Positions 52,214-61,230 are shown, counted from the first letter of the stretch. The stretch is DNA of 64,000 nucleotides from an uncultured Candidatus Saccharibacteria bacterium (GCA_964390845.1 CAYMIL010000002.1:33885-97884), one strand, 5' to 3'. Notes: generated by a model not told the origin, from the sequence alone. Translations and numbers: made by a program.

Positions 52214-53368
52214 ATGATTACCCCGAAGAGATCTTTGCGGACCGTTGGCCTCATCGTACTGGTTGCCGTAGTGTCCTTTGCGCACGTTCCAACGGCACTT
52301 GCGAAGGCGGCATCGACAGAAACAACGAGTGTCCAAACAAACACATCAAACTCCTCAGTCAACACATCGGCAACACAAGCGGTCAGCACAACAAACTCTG
52401 CACCAAGTGCGACACCACAGAAATCAAGTGATCTCAATCACGATGGGTACGTCACAAATGCAGACGTAAATCTCGTACTCAGCAGTTTTGGTACATGCCA
52501 ACTAAGCGCGTCATGCCCGGCAGACATCAACAATGATGGTTCTGTAAACAATGCAGATCTCTCTATTGTTGTAAAAAACGCAAACTCTTCGACTGCGGGT
52601 GGCAATGGTGCACTCACTGGCGGCGGAATCAACAACACCTCAAACACTTCTGTCAGCACGACAGACGGCTCAACAAACTCTTCATCAAACGGCACAACAC
52701 ACACAACATCAAACTCAACAACGAACACCAATACAAACACATCCGGAAACACTTCACCCGTTTCATCAACACAACGCACTGGCGGTTCAACAGGAATAAA
52801 CCCGAACGCGTTTCTTGGAAACCAATCTCAGGTTCCTGCGGTAACACGCCAACTCATTGAGTTTGTCCTCCCTATCCCAAACTACATGCAAAATCCGAGC
52901 ACGCCACGTGTTGTAAATGAGGAAGAAGAGATGAAAGCACGAAGTGCGCGCTCAAGCACTGCTCAACAAAATTTCCAGACGATTCAAGACCGGCTTGAAG
53001 CAGGAACACAGCGTATCGACACACTCATTACACGCATCGAATCTCGCATGGAGAAAATGCGATCGGATGGTATCAGTATTGCCGCGGCTGAAGTGTTTGT
53101 GGAACGAGCAAAAACAAGCGCTGGTGTGGCGCGAGCAAATACCGCAGGACTTGAAGAAGCATTCAACAATGCCCTTGCACAAACAACAGACAACGATGCA
53201 CGCATCGCATTTGAAAGCGTGCGCGCACTCATCGCAAGCGCAAAATCTCAGCTTGAAGGAGCTCGACGAAATCTTCTTGAAGCAGTTCGCATCATGAAAG
53301 CGGCGCAAGAACGTTTTCAACCACAAGTATCGGCTGAGGACAGCGCACTCGAGAGTGAGTTAAACTAA
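52214..53368 (+). CDS. secreted dockerin-domain protein with S/T/N-rich linker and C-terminal alpha-helical domain
   Basis: Signal peptide; duplicated Ca-binding loops DLNHDGYVTNAD and DINNDGSVNNAD spaced 19 aa apart (type I dockerin pattern DxNxDGxVNxxD). Confidence 0.6.
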   Translation: MITPKRSLRTVGLIVLVAVVSFAHVPTALAKAASTETTSVQTNTSNSSVNTSATQAVSTTNSAPSATPQKSSDLNHDGYVTNADVNLVLSSFGTCQLSASCPADINNDGSVNNADLSIVVKNANSSTAGGNGALTGGGINNTSNTSVSTTDGSTNSSSNGTTHTTSNSTTNTNTNTSGNTSPVSSTQRTGGSTGINPNAFLGNQSQVPAVTRQLIEFVLPIPNYMQNPSTPRVVNEEEEMKARSARSSTAQQNFQTIQDRLEAGTQRIDTLITRIESRMEKMRSDGISIAAAEVFVERAKTSAGVARANTAGLEEAFNNALAQTTDNDARIAFESVRALIASAKSQLEGARRNLLEAVRIMKAAQERFQPQVSAEDSALESELN

Positions 53369-53372
53369 ACGC

Positions 53373-53669
53373 ATGCAACCTGAACACCCATACATTCCTG
53401 AAGTTACACCTGTAGAGCTCAAATCTCGCACGCCATTCATCATCATCGTGGCAAGCGGAGTGCTCGCACTTTTGGCGGCTGTGGGCTTTTATTTCTACAT
53501 CACCCGCCCAGTATCCACGACGACACCGGATGTTGTTGTGCCACAAGGCGATAATCAGTTGCATCAATTAGAAAACCAGAGCCTCTCAGATGACATACCG
53601 TCCATTGAGGCAGATCTCAACGCAACCAGCTTCGATGGTATCGATGCAGGTGCCGAAGAACTGAGATAA
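53373..53669 (+). CDS. small single-pass membrane protein (paralog of 51901-52203)
   Basis: TM FIIIVASGVLALLAAVGFYFY; shared C-terminal SIEADL motif. Confidence 0.5.
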   Translation: MQPEHPYIPEVTPVELKSRTPFIIIVASGVLALLAAVGFYFYITRPVSTTTPDVVVPQGDNQLHQLENQSLSDDIPSIEADLNATSFDGIDAGAEELR

Positions 53670-53685
53670 AAACGCAAGGAGAAGC

Positions 53686-53712
53686 AAAAACCCCGCCATC
53701 GCGGGGTTTTTG
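53686..53712 (+). terminator. rho-independent terminator (CCCCGC catc GCGGGG + T5)
   Basis: Seen directly. Confidence 0.6.
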
Positions 53713-53759
53713 CTTGCAAAGAGACGACAATCTCTATACACTGTGAAGCTACAACACAT

Positions 53760-54764
53760 ATGAAAAAAGACAAGCCATATTCAAATATTACAATTTCCCC
53801 CCTCGAACACTCTGAGGTCCTCATTGAGGGAGAAATCACTGCAGAGTATCTTGAGGAAAAGCGTGCGGAAGCACTCAAAAAACTCGTAACCGGAGCAGAA
53901 ATTCCTGGTTTCAGAAAAGGCACGGCCCCTGAACATCTTGTGGTCCGTCACTTTGGCGAATCACGCATTCTCGAAAACGCTGCTCAGGATGTGATTGAAG
54001 CACAGTACTGGGATATTGTCGCGGACAACTCTCTGCGCGCAATCGGCACCCCAGACATCACTATCACCAAACTCGCAGCAGGCAATCCTCTTGGTTTCAA
54101 GATCAAGACAGCAGTCATGCCAGAAGTCACACTTCCGGACTACGAGGCACTTGCACGTAAGGTAAACGCTGAGCCACAAGAAACACTTTCTGTTGATGAC
54201 AAAGAAATCGATAGCGCGCTCGAACAACTCAAAGAGGTGAAAAAGGTAGAAACAATCGACGATGCATTTGCTCAGTCATTGGGAGATTTCAAAACACTCG
54301 ACGAGCTCAAAAGTAAGATCTCAGAAAACATGCTCGCTGAAAAAAACGTACGCGCGAAAGAAAAGCGCAGACTCGCAATTCTTGAGGCAATTCTCGCAGA
54401 GACAACCTTCCCCGTACCTCAGGTTCTCGTAGATTTTGAATTGCAAAAAATGATTGCGCAATTTAAAGATGATGTTGCGCGCGCGGGTCTTGAATATTCT
54501 TCATACCTCAAGCAGATAAACAAAACAGAGGCGGACATTGCAACTGAATGGAAAGAAAGCGCTATCAAACGAGCGCGCACTCAGCTTATCTTCGGAAAAA
54601 TTTCTAAGGACAAACAACTCGTTCCCGACGAAAAAACAATCGAACACGAAGTCGACCACATCATTGAGCACCACAAAGACGCCGATAGGTTCCGCGCGCG
54701 CATGTTTGTAGAAAACATGCTCACCAACGAAAAGGTTCTTGAGTTTCTAGAGAATCAAAAATAG
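53760..54764 (+). CDS. tig: trigger factor (short form, 334 aa, apparently lacking PPIase domain)
   Basis: N-terminal ribosome-binding region with PGFRKGTAP signature (GFRxGxxP). Confidence 0.75.
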   Translation: MKKDKPYSNITISPLEHSEVLIEGEITAEYLEEKRAEALKKLVTGAEIPGFRKGTAPEHLVVRHFGESRILENAAQDVIEAQYWDIVADNSLRAIGTPDITITKLAAGNPLGFKIKTAVMPEVTLPDYEALARKVNAEPQETLSVDDKEIDSALEQLKEVKKVETIDDAFAQSLGDFKTLDELKSKISENMLAEKNVRAKEKRRLAILEAILAETTFPVPQVLVDFELQKMIAQFKDDVARAGLEYSSYLKQINKTEADIATEWKESAIKRARTQLIFGKISKDKQLVPDEKTIEHEVDHIIEHHKDADRFRARMFVENMLTNEKVLEFLENQK

Positions 54765-55448
54765 TGCGGGCGCAACAGTTGCCGCGGTCTCAGCCCTCAA
54801 TACATACTCGCCCATTGTGCGGACACGTACACCATGAGCCGTGCACACCTCTATTTCACGCTCATCCCACCCGCCCTCTGGGCCGATAAAAAGTGCAACC
54901 GGCTGAGGCTCGGAACGCTCTGCAGACAAAAGCGGGGTACCGGTTGTATGAAAAAGAATCTTGTCTTCTGGCATCTGTGGATGCTCCAGCGCCTCTGTGA
55001 GAGACATGGGTTCGTGTACCTGTGGAAGCATTCCTCTGCCCGACTGCTCGCTCGCTTCTCGAGCAATTTTTAGCAAACGTTCCATATGGAGAGACTTTTT
55101 TTCAGAACGGAGGGCAATAATTGGGACAATATGTGTAACACCAAGCTCCGTTGCTTTCTGTACCACCCACTCAAAGTTGTCTTTTTTAATAATCGCTACG
55201 CACAACCACACTTCCCGAGACGGGCTCACAACAAGACGCGATTCTTCCACGCGCACATGAATCTCCTGTGCCGATAATAGTTCAATGGTACACACATATT
55301 CCTCTCCGTGCCCATCGCACAGTACAATCTGGTCACCAGCAGACAAACGAAACACCCGTTTAAGCTGATGGATTAAATCCGCATCAGAGAGAGCTATTCG
55401 CTTTCTACCAGATAGGCGCTCTGTTACAAAAAATCTATGAAGTCTCAT
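54747..55448 (-). CDS. rsmE: 16S rRNA (uracil1498-N3)-methyltransferase RsmE
   Basis: MRLHRFFV... PUA-like N-terminus and SPOUT C-terminus (FIGPEGGW). Confidence 0.8.
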   Translation of the reverse strand: MRLHRFFVTERLSGRKRIALSDADLIHQLKRVFRLSAGDQIVLCDGHGEEYVCTIELLSAQEIHVRVEESRLVVSPSREVWLCVAIIKKDNFEWVVQKATELGVTHIVPIIALRSEKKSLHMERLLKIAREASEQSGRGMLPQVHEPMSLTEALEHPQMPEDKILFHTTGTPLLSAERSEPQPVALFIGPEGGWDEREIEVCTAHGVRVRTMGEYVLRAETAATVAPALFLIL

Positions 55449-55482
55449 AGGGACAGTCTAGAACGCATTGGATAAAAAAGGA

Positions 55483-55520
55483 AGCGGCGCGTGGCGCGCG
55501 CAGTTGCGCCACGCGCCGCT
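55483..55520. promoter_or_regulatory. 15-bp perfect GC-rich inverted repeat (AGCGGCGCGTGGCGC-8nt-GCGCCACGCGCCGCT) in divergent rsmE/clpP promoter region
   Basis: Seen directly; followed by TATACT (55525-55530) upstream of clpP. Confidence 0.4.
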
Positions 55521-55559
55521 CTGGTATACTATACGTGCACTATTAATAACAACACTTCC

Positions 55560-56132
55560 ATGCTCATACCAACAGTTATTGAAAAAACAAGTTTCGGCGA
55601 GCGAGCATACGATATTTACTCTCGCCTCCTTAAGGAGCGTATTATTTTCCTTGGTGGGCCAATCGACGACCACACCGCAAACATCATCATTGCTCAGCTT
55701 CTTTTTCTTGAGTCTGAAGACCCAAAGAAAGACATTCACCTCTACATCAACTCACCTGGAGGCTCAGTCACCGCAACACTTGCGATGCTCGACACAATGA
55801 ACCACGTGAAGCCAGACGTTTCCACTGTCTGCGTCGGTATGGCTGCGTCTGGTGCCGCTATCCTCCTCTCTGGTGGTGCAAAAGGAAAGCGCCTCGCTCT
55901 CCCAAACGCTGAAGTGATGATCCACCAGCCTCACGGCGGTGCAGAGGGTCAGGCAACAGATATCGAGATTACTGCAAAACAGATTCTCAAACTTCGAGCA
56001 CGCCTCAACAAAATTCTCGCCGAAGCAACAGGAAAATCAATCGAGCAAATAGAGAAAGACGTCGAACGCGATTACTTCATGGATTCTGCAGAAGCAAAAA
56101 AATACGGAATCATCGACAAAGTTATCCAGTAA
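55560..56132 (+). CDS. clpP: ATP-dependent Clp protease proteolytic subunit
   Basis: Catalytic triad context (GMAASGAA Ser, MIHQP His); start trimmed to MLIPTV. Confidence 0.92.
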   Translation: MLIPTVIEKTSFGERAYDIYSRLLKERIIFLGGPIDDHTANIIIAQLLFLESEDPKKDIHLYINSPGGSVTATLAMLDTMNHVKPDVSTVCVGMAASGAAILLSGGAKGKRLALPNAEVMIHQPHGGAEGQATDIEITAKQILKLRARLNKILAEATGKSIEQIEKDVERDYFMDSAEAKKYGIIDKVIQ

Positions 56133-56145
56133 CAACTCATACAAT

Positions 56146-56175
56146 GGATACAAAGAAACCGCCCGCAAGGTGGTT
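56146..56175. terminator. rho-independent terminator after clpP (GAAACC-loop-GGTTTC + TTTG), bidirectional
   Basis: Seen directly. Confidence 0.5.
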
Positions 56176-56205
56176 TCTTTGCGTAGGCGGTTGTTGCGCA
56201 GAAGG

Positions 56206-56433
56206 TCAGGTGACCGGTCCAATGATGCGATCGCCCGACATCGTCAGGAGACTGTTGTGCCGGACGATGGGACGGAGCTCCTTCGGGAACCCCTCCTCTT
56301 CCGTATCAACGGAAACGGTGATGGATGCCCCCACGATTCTGACGATGACGCCGTGCCACTCCACACGATCCCCCTTGGGTGTGTGGTCGAAAAAACGGAC
56401 ACGGTCGCTCACCTCGAGCTTGTTGTCGGGCAT
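56206..56433 (-). CDS. small hypothetical protein (75 aa)
   Basis: Strong AGGAGG RBS 5 nt upstream of ATG. Confidence 0.45.
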   Translation of the reverse strand: MPDNKLEVSDRVRFFDHTPKGDRVEWHGVIVRIVGASITVSVDTEEEGFPKELRPIVRHNSLLTMSGDRIIGPVT

Positions 56434-56720
56434 ATGCCCTCCTTGGCCTAAGGCCTAGTTATTTCCAAAGGAGAGAATACAAGAAAATGACCCATAAGTC
56501 AAAATTAGACAAGTCCAATACTTTCTTGTAGTATGAAATTGTTCACTTATTTGTAATTTTTAACGGTGCAGCTTTCAGATTTCCCTATCTTATGACGTTT
56601 TTTCCCGCATACCCCACAGACATGACCTTCACATTCAACACTACGAAGCAAAGAACACACAGCGCGGCCATATCCCCTATCTGCGTGTAAGGAATCTCCA
56701 GGCGGCATCGTCCGCACACC

Positions 56721-58250
56721 ATGACATTAAAATTAGCACTGCTCTTTGCGAGCTTTGCTGGACTCATGGGCGTCGTGCTCGGATATTTCGTGCGCTTGAT
56801 GCTGTCGCTCGGCAAGAAAGGTTCTGTCGAGCTTGCTATCAAGCAGATGGAGCTTAAGGCAAAAGAAGAAGCCCAGAGAATCATCACAGAAGCCGAAGAA
56901 AAAGCCGAACAGACACTCAAAGAAGCCCGCGCAGAGATCAGAGAGCGAGAAGAAAAAGTAAAAAAAGCAGAAGACAGAGTTATTAAGAAAGAAGAGCTTT
57001 TGGATAAGCGCCAGATAGATATCGACTCAGAAGTAGAACACATCAAACTTCGCATCGGAGAGATAAAATCCATCAAAGAGCGCGCAGATACCCTTCTTGC
57101 AGAACGTCAGGCAGAGCTTGAGAAGGTTGCCCAGATGACATCAGACGCGGCAAAGAAAGAACTTCTCGAGACAATCGAAAAGCAGTCCGAAGAAGATTTG
57201 CTTGTACGCATGCAAAAGCTTGAGGTCCATGCCCAAGAGACACTGGATCGAAAAGCAAAAGATATTCTTGCAACATCAATTCAGCGCCTCGCGACATCCG
57301 TGTCTTCAGACATGCTCACCACGAGCGTACCAATTCCTTCAGATGAAGTGAAAGGAAAAATCATCGGAAAAGAGGGTCGAAACATTAAGGCATTCGAGCG
57401 TGCGACGGGTGTTGAAATCATTGTCGACGACACGCCGGGCGCTATCACCATTTCCTCATTCGACCCCGTACGCCGCCAAGTGGCGCGCGTCGCCCTCGAA
57501 AATCTCATCACCGACGGCCGTATTCAGCCTGCAAAAATCGAAGAAATGGTAGAAAAGGCAAAAAACGAGATCAATAAAATCATCAAGGAAAAAGGTGAGG
57601 CGGCAGCATTCGAATGTGGCGTACTGAATCTCGATCCGCGCGTCCTTGCAATACTCGGACGCCTACATTTCCGTACAAGCTACGGCCAGAATGTACTTCA
57701 GCACTCAATCGAGATGACACACCTCGCCGGCATGATTGCCGAGGAGCTTGGTGCAAATGTTGCCGTCGCAAAAGCAGGCGCCCTTCTTCACGACATCGGC
57801 AAAGCACTCGACCACGAAGTCGCTGGTTCACACGTAGAAATTGGCCGACGCATTCTCCAGAAATTCGTCGTTAGCGAAGAAATCATCAAGGCAATGCAAG
57901 CTCATCATGAGGAATATCCGTACGAAACGATTGAGTCAATCATCGTACAGACGGCAGATGCTATCTCGGGCGGTCGCCCAGGAGCACGTCGCGACAGCGT
58001 AGAAAACTATCTCAAGCGCCTCGGCGATCTTGAAGCAATCGCAAACGGCTTCAAAGGCGTTGAAAAGTCCTACGCCCTCCAAGCAGGCCGTGAAATCCGC
58101 GTTTTTGTCCTTCCTCAGCAAGTAAGCGACCTCGAAGCAAAAGACATGGCGCGCAATATCGCACTCAAAATCGAAAAAGACCTCAAGTATCCGGGTGAAA
58201 TTAAGGTAAATGTCATTCGCGAGAGCCGTTCGATAGAGTTTGCTCGCTAG
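56721..58250 (+). CDS. rny: ribonuclease Y
   Basis: N-terminal TM, coiled coil, KH domain (GKIIGKEGRNIKAFE) and HD domain (LLHDIGKA). Confidence 0.92.
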   Translation: MTLKLALLFASFAGLMGVVLGYFVRLMLSLGKKGSVELAIKQMELKAKEEAQRIITEAEEKAEQTLKEARAEIREREEKVKKAEDRVIKKEELLDKRQIDIDSEVEHIKLRIGEIKSIKERADTLLAERQAELEKVAQMTSDAAKKELLETIEKQSEEDLLVRMQKLEVHAQETLDRKAKDILATSIQRLATSVSSDMLTTSVPIPSDEVKGKIIGKEGRNIKAFERATGVEIIVDDTPGAITISSFDPVRRQVARVALENLITDGRIQPAKIEEMVEKAKNEINKIIKEKGEAAAFECGVLNLDPRVLAILGRLHFRTSYGQNVLQHSIEMTHLAGMIAEELGANVAVAKAGALLHDIGKALDHEVAGSHVEIGRRILQKFVVSEEIIKAMQAHHEEYPYETIESIIVQTADAISGGRPGARRDSVENYLKRLGDLEAIANGFKGVEKSYALQAGREIRVFVLPQQVSDLEAKDMARNIALKIEKDLKYPGEIKVNVIRESRSIEFAR

Positions 58251-58337
58251 TACCCCACCCTGCACAGGCCGGTTGCGCTAAAAATGGCCTATTATATAAT
58301 TGGGGCGTAGCTTACAAGCAAGCCTTAACGAAATATT

Positions 58338-58610
58338 ATGAACAAACAAGGAATTGTAGACGCAGTGCACGGAAAGTTGATGGGCACAAAAGCACAGGCA
58401 GAAGAAGTGGTAGACATGATGATCGACTCAATCGTCTCCACACTCAAGAAAGGTGACGAAGTTTCTATCGCTGGCCTCGGCATCTTCTCCACGAAGACAC
58501 GCGCGGCTCGATCAGCTCGAAACCCACGCACGGGCGAGACCATTCAGGTCCCTGCAATGCGGGTTCCAAAGTTCCGAGCGGCAAAAGCGCTCAAGGACGC
58601 GGTGAAATAA
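58338..58610 (+). CDS. hup: DNA-binding protein HU
   Basis: MNKQGIVDAV... RNPRTGETI arm motif. Confidence 0.92.
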   Translation: MNKQGIVDAVHGKLMGTKAQAEEVVDMMIDSIVSTLKKGDEVSIAGLGIFSTKTRAARSARNPRTGETIQVPAMRVPKFRAAKALKDAVK

Positions 58611-58629
58611 TCTCTCTCGCACCCGCACA

Positions 58630-58658
58630 AAAAACCGCCCTTTCGGCGGTTTTTTTGT
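58630..58658 (+). terminator. rho-independent terminator after hup
   Basis: CCGCCC tttc GGCGG + T7. Confidence 0.65.
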
Positions 58659-58801
58659 TGCTAAAATTTGTTTTCCGCTAAGTAATTTAATATTGACTTA
58701 TCGTGTTTTAAATGTCACTATTACATTGTTGATGAAATGAAGTAATCGACCGCCACGTTGCCGGTGCATAGGCAAAGTTCATTTCAGAAAGGAGTGTCCC
58801 C

Positions 58802-59047
58802 GTGGCACTCAGCCCAGAACGGATTGGTCGAATCTCATTCCTCGTGCTTCAGCGGATGTTGGAGGACGAGAATAAGATTCGCCTGAACCCAAAGGAGGTT
58901 AAACGGAATGTCGCCAATGAGGCCAAGAAGTACGGCATTCCGCCACATGAAGCCGCTGAGTTCGCGCAACTGGTCATCAAGAGCGCGTACGAGCGGACGA
59001 TGGCAGAACTTGGGACCATGCTCAATCCCAATCCAGACGACAAGTAA
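58802..59047 (+). CDS. hypothetical small alpha-helical protein (81 aa), GTG start
   Basis: AGGAG RBS; own terminator at 59190-59229. Confidence 0.4.
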   Translation: MALSPERIGRISFLVLQRMLEDENKIRLNPKEVKRNVANEAKKYGIPPHEAAEFAQLVIKSAYERTMAELGTMLNPNPDDK

Positions 59048-59189
59048 CACCGCCCAACGGATAAGGTCGAGAAAGGACCACTTTCTCATAAAGGGGTAAT
59101 TCCGGTTTGCACTCAGCTGATCCGCTTCGGCCGATCCGCACAACAGCAAACCCAAGAGAACAAGAACCCTCACCTCTCCACTCACACGA

Positions 59190-59229
59190 TCCCCACTCAG
59201 CTCAAGCTGACGTGGGGGTTCTTTTTTTA
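59190..59229 (+). terminator. rho-independent terminator (CCCCAC-loop-GTGGGG + T7)
   Basis: Seen directly. Confidence 0.5.
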
Positions 59230-59347
59230 TAGTTATTTTGCAACAAATAAGCAGTGAACTTAAGCAAAGTAGATATTTGACTTCTTTTATAAAAATGATA
59301 CTGTTTTTTTCGAACTGATCCTCACCAAAACCCAAGGAGGTGCCCAT

Positions 59348-59872
59348 ATGTACCTATACCACAGGGTGCCGGATAACATGGACGGCACGATCCTCTACCC
59401 ACTCAATGAGTTGCGACTCATTAAGCCTGAGCTGTATGAGGCGCATGCCAAGAAGTACCGGAAGCGAGAAGCATTAATGGATAGACGCATCCCGCATCTC
59501 AACTGTCTGTGGAACGATGTGCTATTCTTCACGGCTGTTCATCCATCCGTGTTCAGGAAAGCATTCGAGCGATTTTGCTGGAGGCTTCCGCCATTCCGAT
59601 GCTTCAGGTTCAGCCCAACTGGACTCAACCCAACGCTCATGACAGTCCTAACGCGAATGAGTGGACCTAGAGGCGGATTCGAGGAATACGAACCATTTGA
59701 CCCACACAATCTCGAAAAGCACGCCACAATTCCTCAGGAAACGTTCGACTACTGGAATGATGAAATATCCTCTGGAAGCAGATCCGTTTTCTTGTGGCTG
59801 CACATTCCCCACATCCTTCACCGAGGACCGCTAGACACACGCCTTGCCACCATAGAAGAATCCACCGCGTAG
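59348..59872 (+). CDS. hypothetical protein (174 aa), strong RBS
   Basis: AGGAGGTG 6 nt before ATG; His/Trp/Phe-rich; no recognized motif. Confidence 0.5.
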   Translation: MYLYHRVPDNMDGTILYPLNELRLIKPELYEAHAKKYRKREALMDRRIPHLNCLWNDVLFFTAVHPSVFRKAFERFCWRLPPFRCFRFSPTGLNPTLMTVLTRMSGPRGGFEEYEPFDPHNLEKHATIPQETFDYWNDEISSGSRSVFLWLHIPHILHRGPLDTRLATIEESTA

Positions 59873-59900
59873 ACCAACAACTGGGTCTACGCGGTTTTTC
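59865..59900 (+). terminator. rho-independent terminator (11-bp stem CCGCGTAGACC/GGTCTACGCGG + T5)
   Basis: Seen directly; overlaps stop codon of 59348-59872. Confidence 0.65.
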
Positions 59901-59933
59901 ATGCGTGAATTCTACAGAGACCTAGAAATCTTT

Positions 59934-60006
59934 GGTGCGGGATGGGGGAATCGAACCCCCGACCTCGGTTTGGAAAACCGATATTATACCATTTAACCAA
60001 TCCCGC
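59934..60006 (-). tRNA. tRNA-Gly (anticodon TCC), CCA encoded
   Basis: Cloverleaf folded by hand: acceptor GCGGGAT, anticodon loop TTTCCAA, T-loop TTCGATT. Confidence 0.8.
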
Positions 60007-60043
60007 TTTTGTCGCGCACCTCTGTGCGTCAGACGTCATACTA

Positions 60044-60343
60044 TCACGGCTTTTTCGCGCTCGCAATTTTGAGCACCGCGTCAAAATTGTCCTTTTCAGA
60101 AACCTTATTACGCCGTATAAAACCACATTTCTCACACCGATGTACCAAATCGTACTTCCCCACTATCCCCTCTACCCCGACCGGTTTCATCATTCCCCCG
60201 CACACCTCGAGTCTGTCCCCTGGGTCTTTATCAACGTGCTTACTCCAGAGGCATTGCCGACAATGATTGGTAAAACCAGTGCCCGCATTTTCTGCGCCAC
60301 AATGCTCACATACAAAGTCTTCAACCGTCTTTTTAAACGCCAT
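60044..60343 (-). CDS. RNHCP domain-containing protein (Cys-rich, Zn-ribbon-like)
   Basis: FVCEHCGAENAGTGFTNHCRQCLWSKHVDKDPGDR matches the RNHCP motif; CxxC pairs. Confidence 0.6.
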   Translation of the reverse strand: MAFKKTVEDFVCEHCGAENAGTGFTNHCRQCLWSKHVDKDPGDRLEVCGGMMKPVGVEGIVGKYDLVHRCEKCGFIRRNKVSEKDNFDAVLKIASAKKP

Positions 60344-60365
60344 AGCCTTTGGCTTTACGCCTATA

Positions 60366-60440
60366 TGGTCGGGGCGCCGGGATTCGAACCCGGAGTCACT
60401 TGATCCCAAGTCAAGCATGTTACCGTTACACCACGCCCCG
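60366..60440 (-). tRNA. tRNA-Pro (anticodon TGG), CCA encoded
   Basis: Acceptor CGGGGCG, anticodon loop CTTGGGA, T-loop TTCGAAT. Confidence 0.8.
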
Positions 60441-60508
60441 AAAAACCAATGAACCATATACTAGCACAGAGACTCGAAATTCAAAAATGTTTGAGAAAAA
60501 AGGCTGTA

Positions 60509-60889
60509 TTAAAGGATATTAATGTGTTCTAAAAGACGTACGCGCCCTACACTCGCTTGGGTATCAAGCCCGACAACAATGCCATCTATCTGAAAAGGTG
60601 TTTCATGTGGAACACCAGACTTTAGGAGAAACATCTGCACGGTCTTTGCTACCTTGTTGATTTTTCTAGTGTGCATATTATCCTCTCCTCTCATATAGCT
60701 TTCACGTGAAACAGTTTTAACCTCAACAAAGTGTATAATCCCCTGCTTTTTGGCCACAATATCTATTTCCCCACATTTTTCACGGAAATTTCTCGCTAGT
60801 ATCGAAAAACCATGTTTCATGAGAAACATAACGGCTATTTCTTCACCCAAAGCACCTGTCTGTATATTTTTTGGCCTTTTTTCGTGCAT
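60509..60889 (-). CDS. yraN: YraN family (UPF0102) predicted endonuclease
   Basis: GALGEEIAVMFL...GEIDIVA...VEVK motifs of the PD-(D/E)xK YraN family. Confidence 0.75.
   Translation of the reverse strand: MHEKRPKNIQTGALGEEIAVMFLMKHGFSILARNFREKCGEIDIVAKKQGIIHFVEVKTVSRESYMRGEDNMHTRKINKVAKTVQMFLLKSGVPHETPFQIDGIVVGLDTQASVGRVRLLEHINIL
60695..60714. repeat. 20-nt motif TATAGCTTTCACGTGAAACA (contains 12-bp palindrome TTTCACGTGAAA), copy inside yraN
   Basis: Seen directly. Confidence 0.5.
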
Positions 60890-60918
60890 TTTGTGTGTTT
60901 CATGAATAACATTGCTTC

Positions 60919-60938
60919 TATAGTTTCACGTGAAACAT
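60919..60938. repeat. 20-nt motif TATAGTTTCACGTGAAACA (14-bp perfect palindrome GTTTCACGTGAAAC), copy 35-47 nt upstream of yraN start
   Basis: Seen directly. Confidence 0.5.
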
Positions 60939-61156
60939 ATATTTGAGCAAAGTGACAAAAAATCCCTTATCTAAGCCATTTTTTGGCCAAAAGACACTTC
61001 TAACAGACAGTTAAAATAGTGTCTTTAATGCACATATCCCCATAGTTATCCCCAGTTTTCCACACTTTTTGGGACAACGTCAGGGTCATTTGTCGCTAAA
61101 AAGCGAGTATAAAGACATTAGTCCCTAATACGTCCGAGAAGGCAGAAGAGAAGAAG

Positions 61157-61230
61157 TGGTGCGGGTAGGGGGAATCGAACCCCCGTCTCGTCCTTGGCAA
61201 GGACGTATTCTACCACTAAACCATACCCGC
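61157..61230 (-). tRNA. tRNA-Gly (anticodon GCC), CCA encoded
   Basis: Acceptor GCGGGTA, anticodon loop TTGCCAA, T-loop TTCGATT. Confidence 0.8.

Noticed and set aside
60890-61156. Possible replication origin suggested by DnaA-box-like 9-mers (TTATCCCCA, TTTTCCACA) in the 260-bp spacer before tRNA-Gly(GCC)
   Set aside because: Boxes are imperfect. No dnaA/dnaN nearby, no AT-rich DUE recognizable. More likely promoter or leader sequence.
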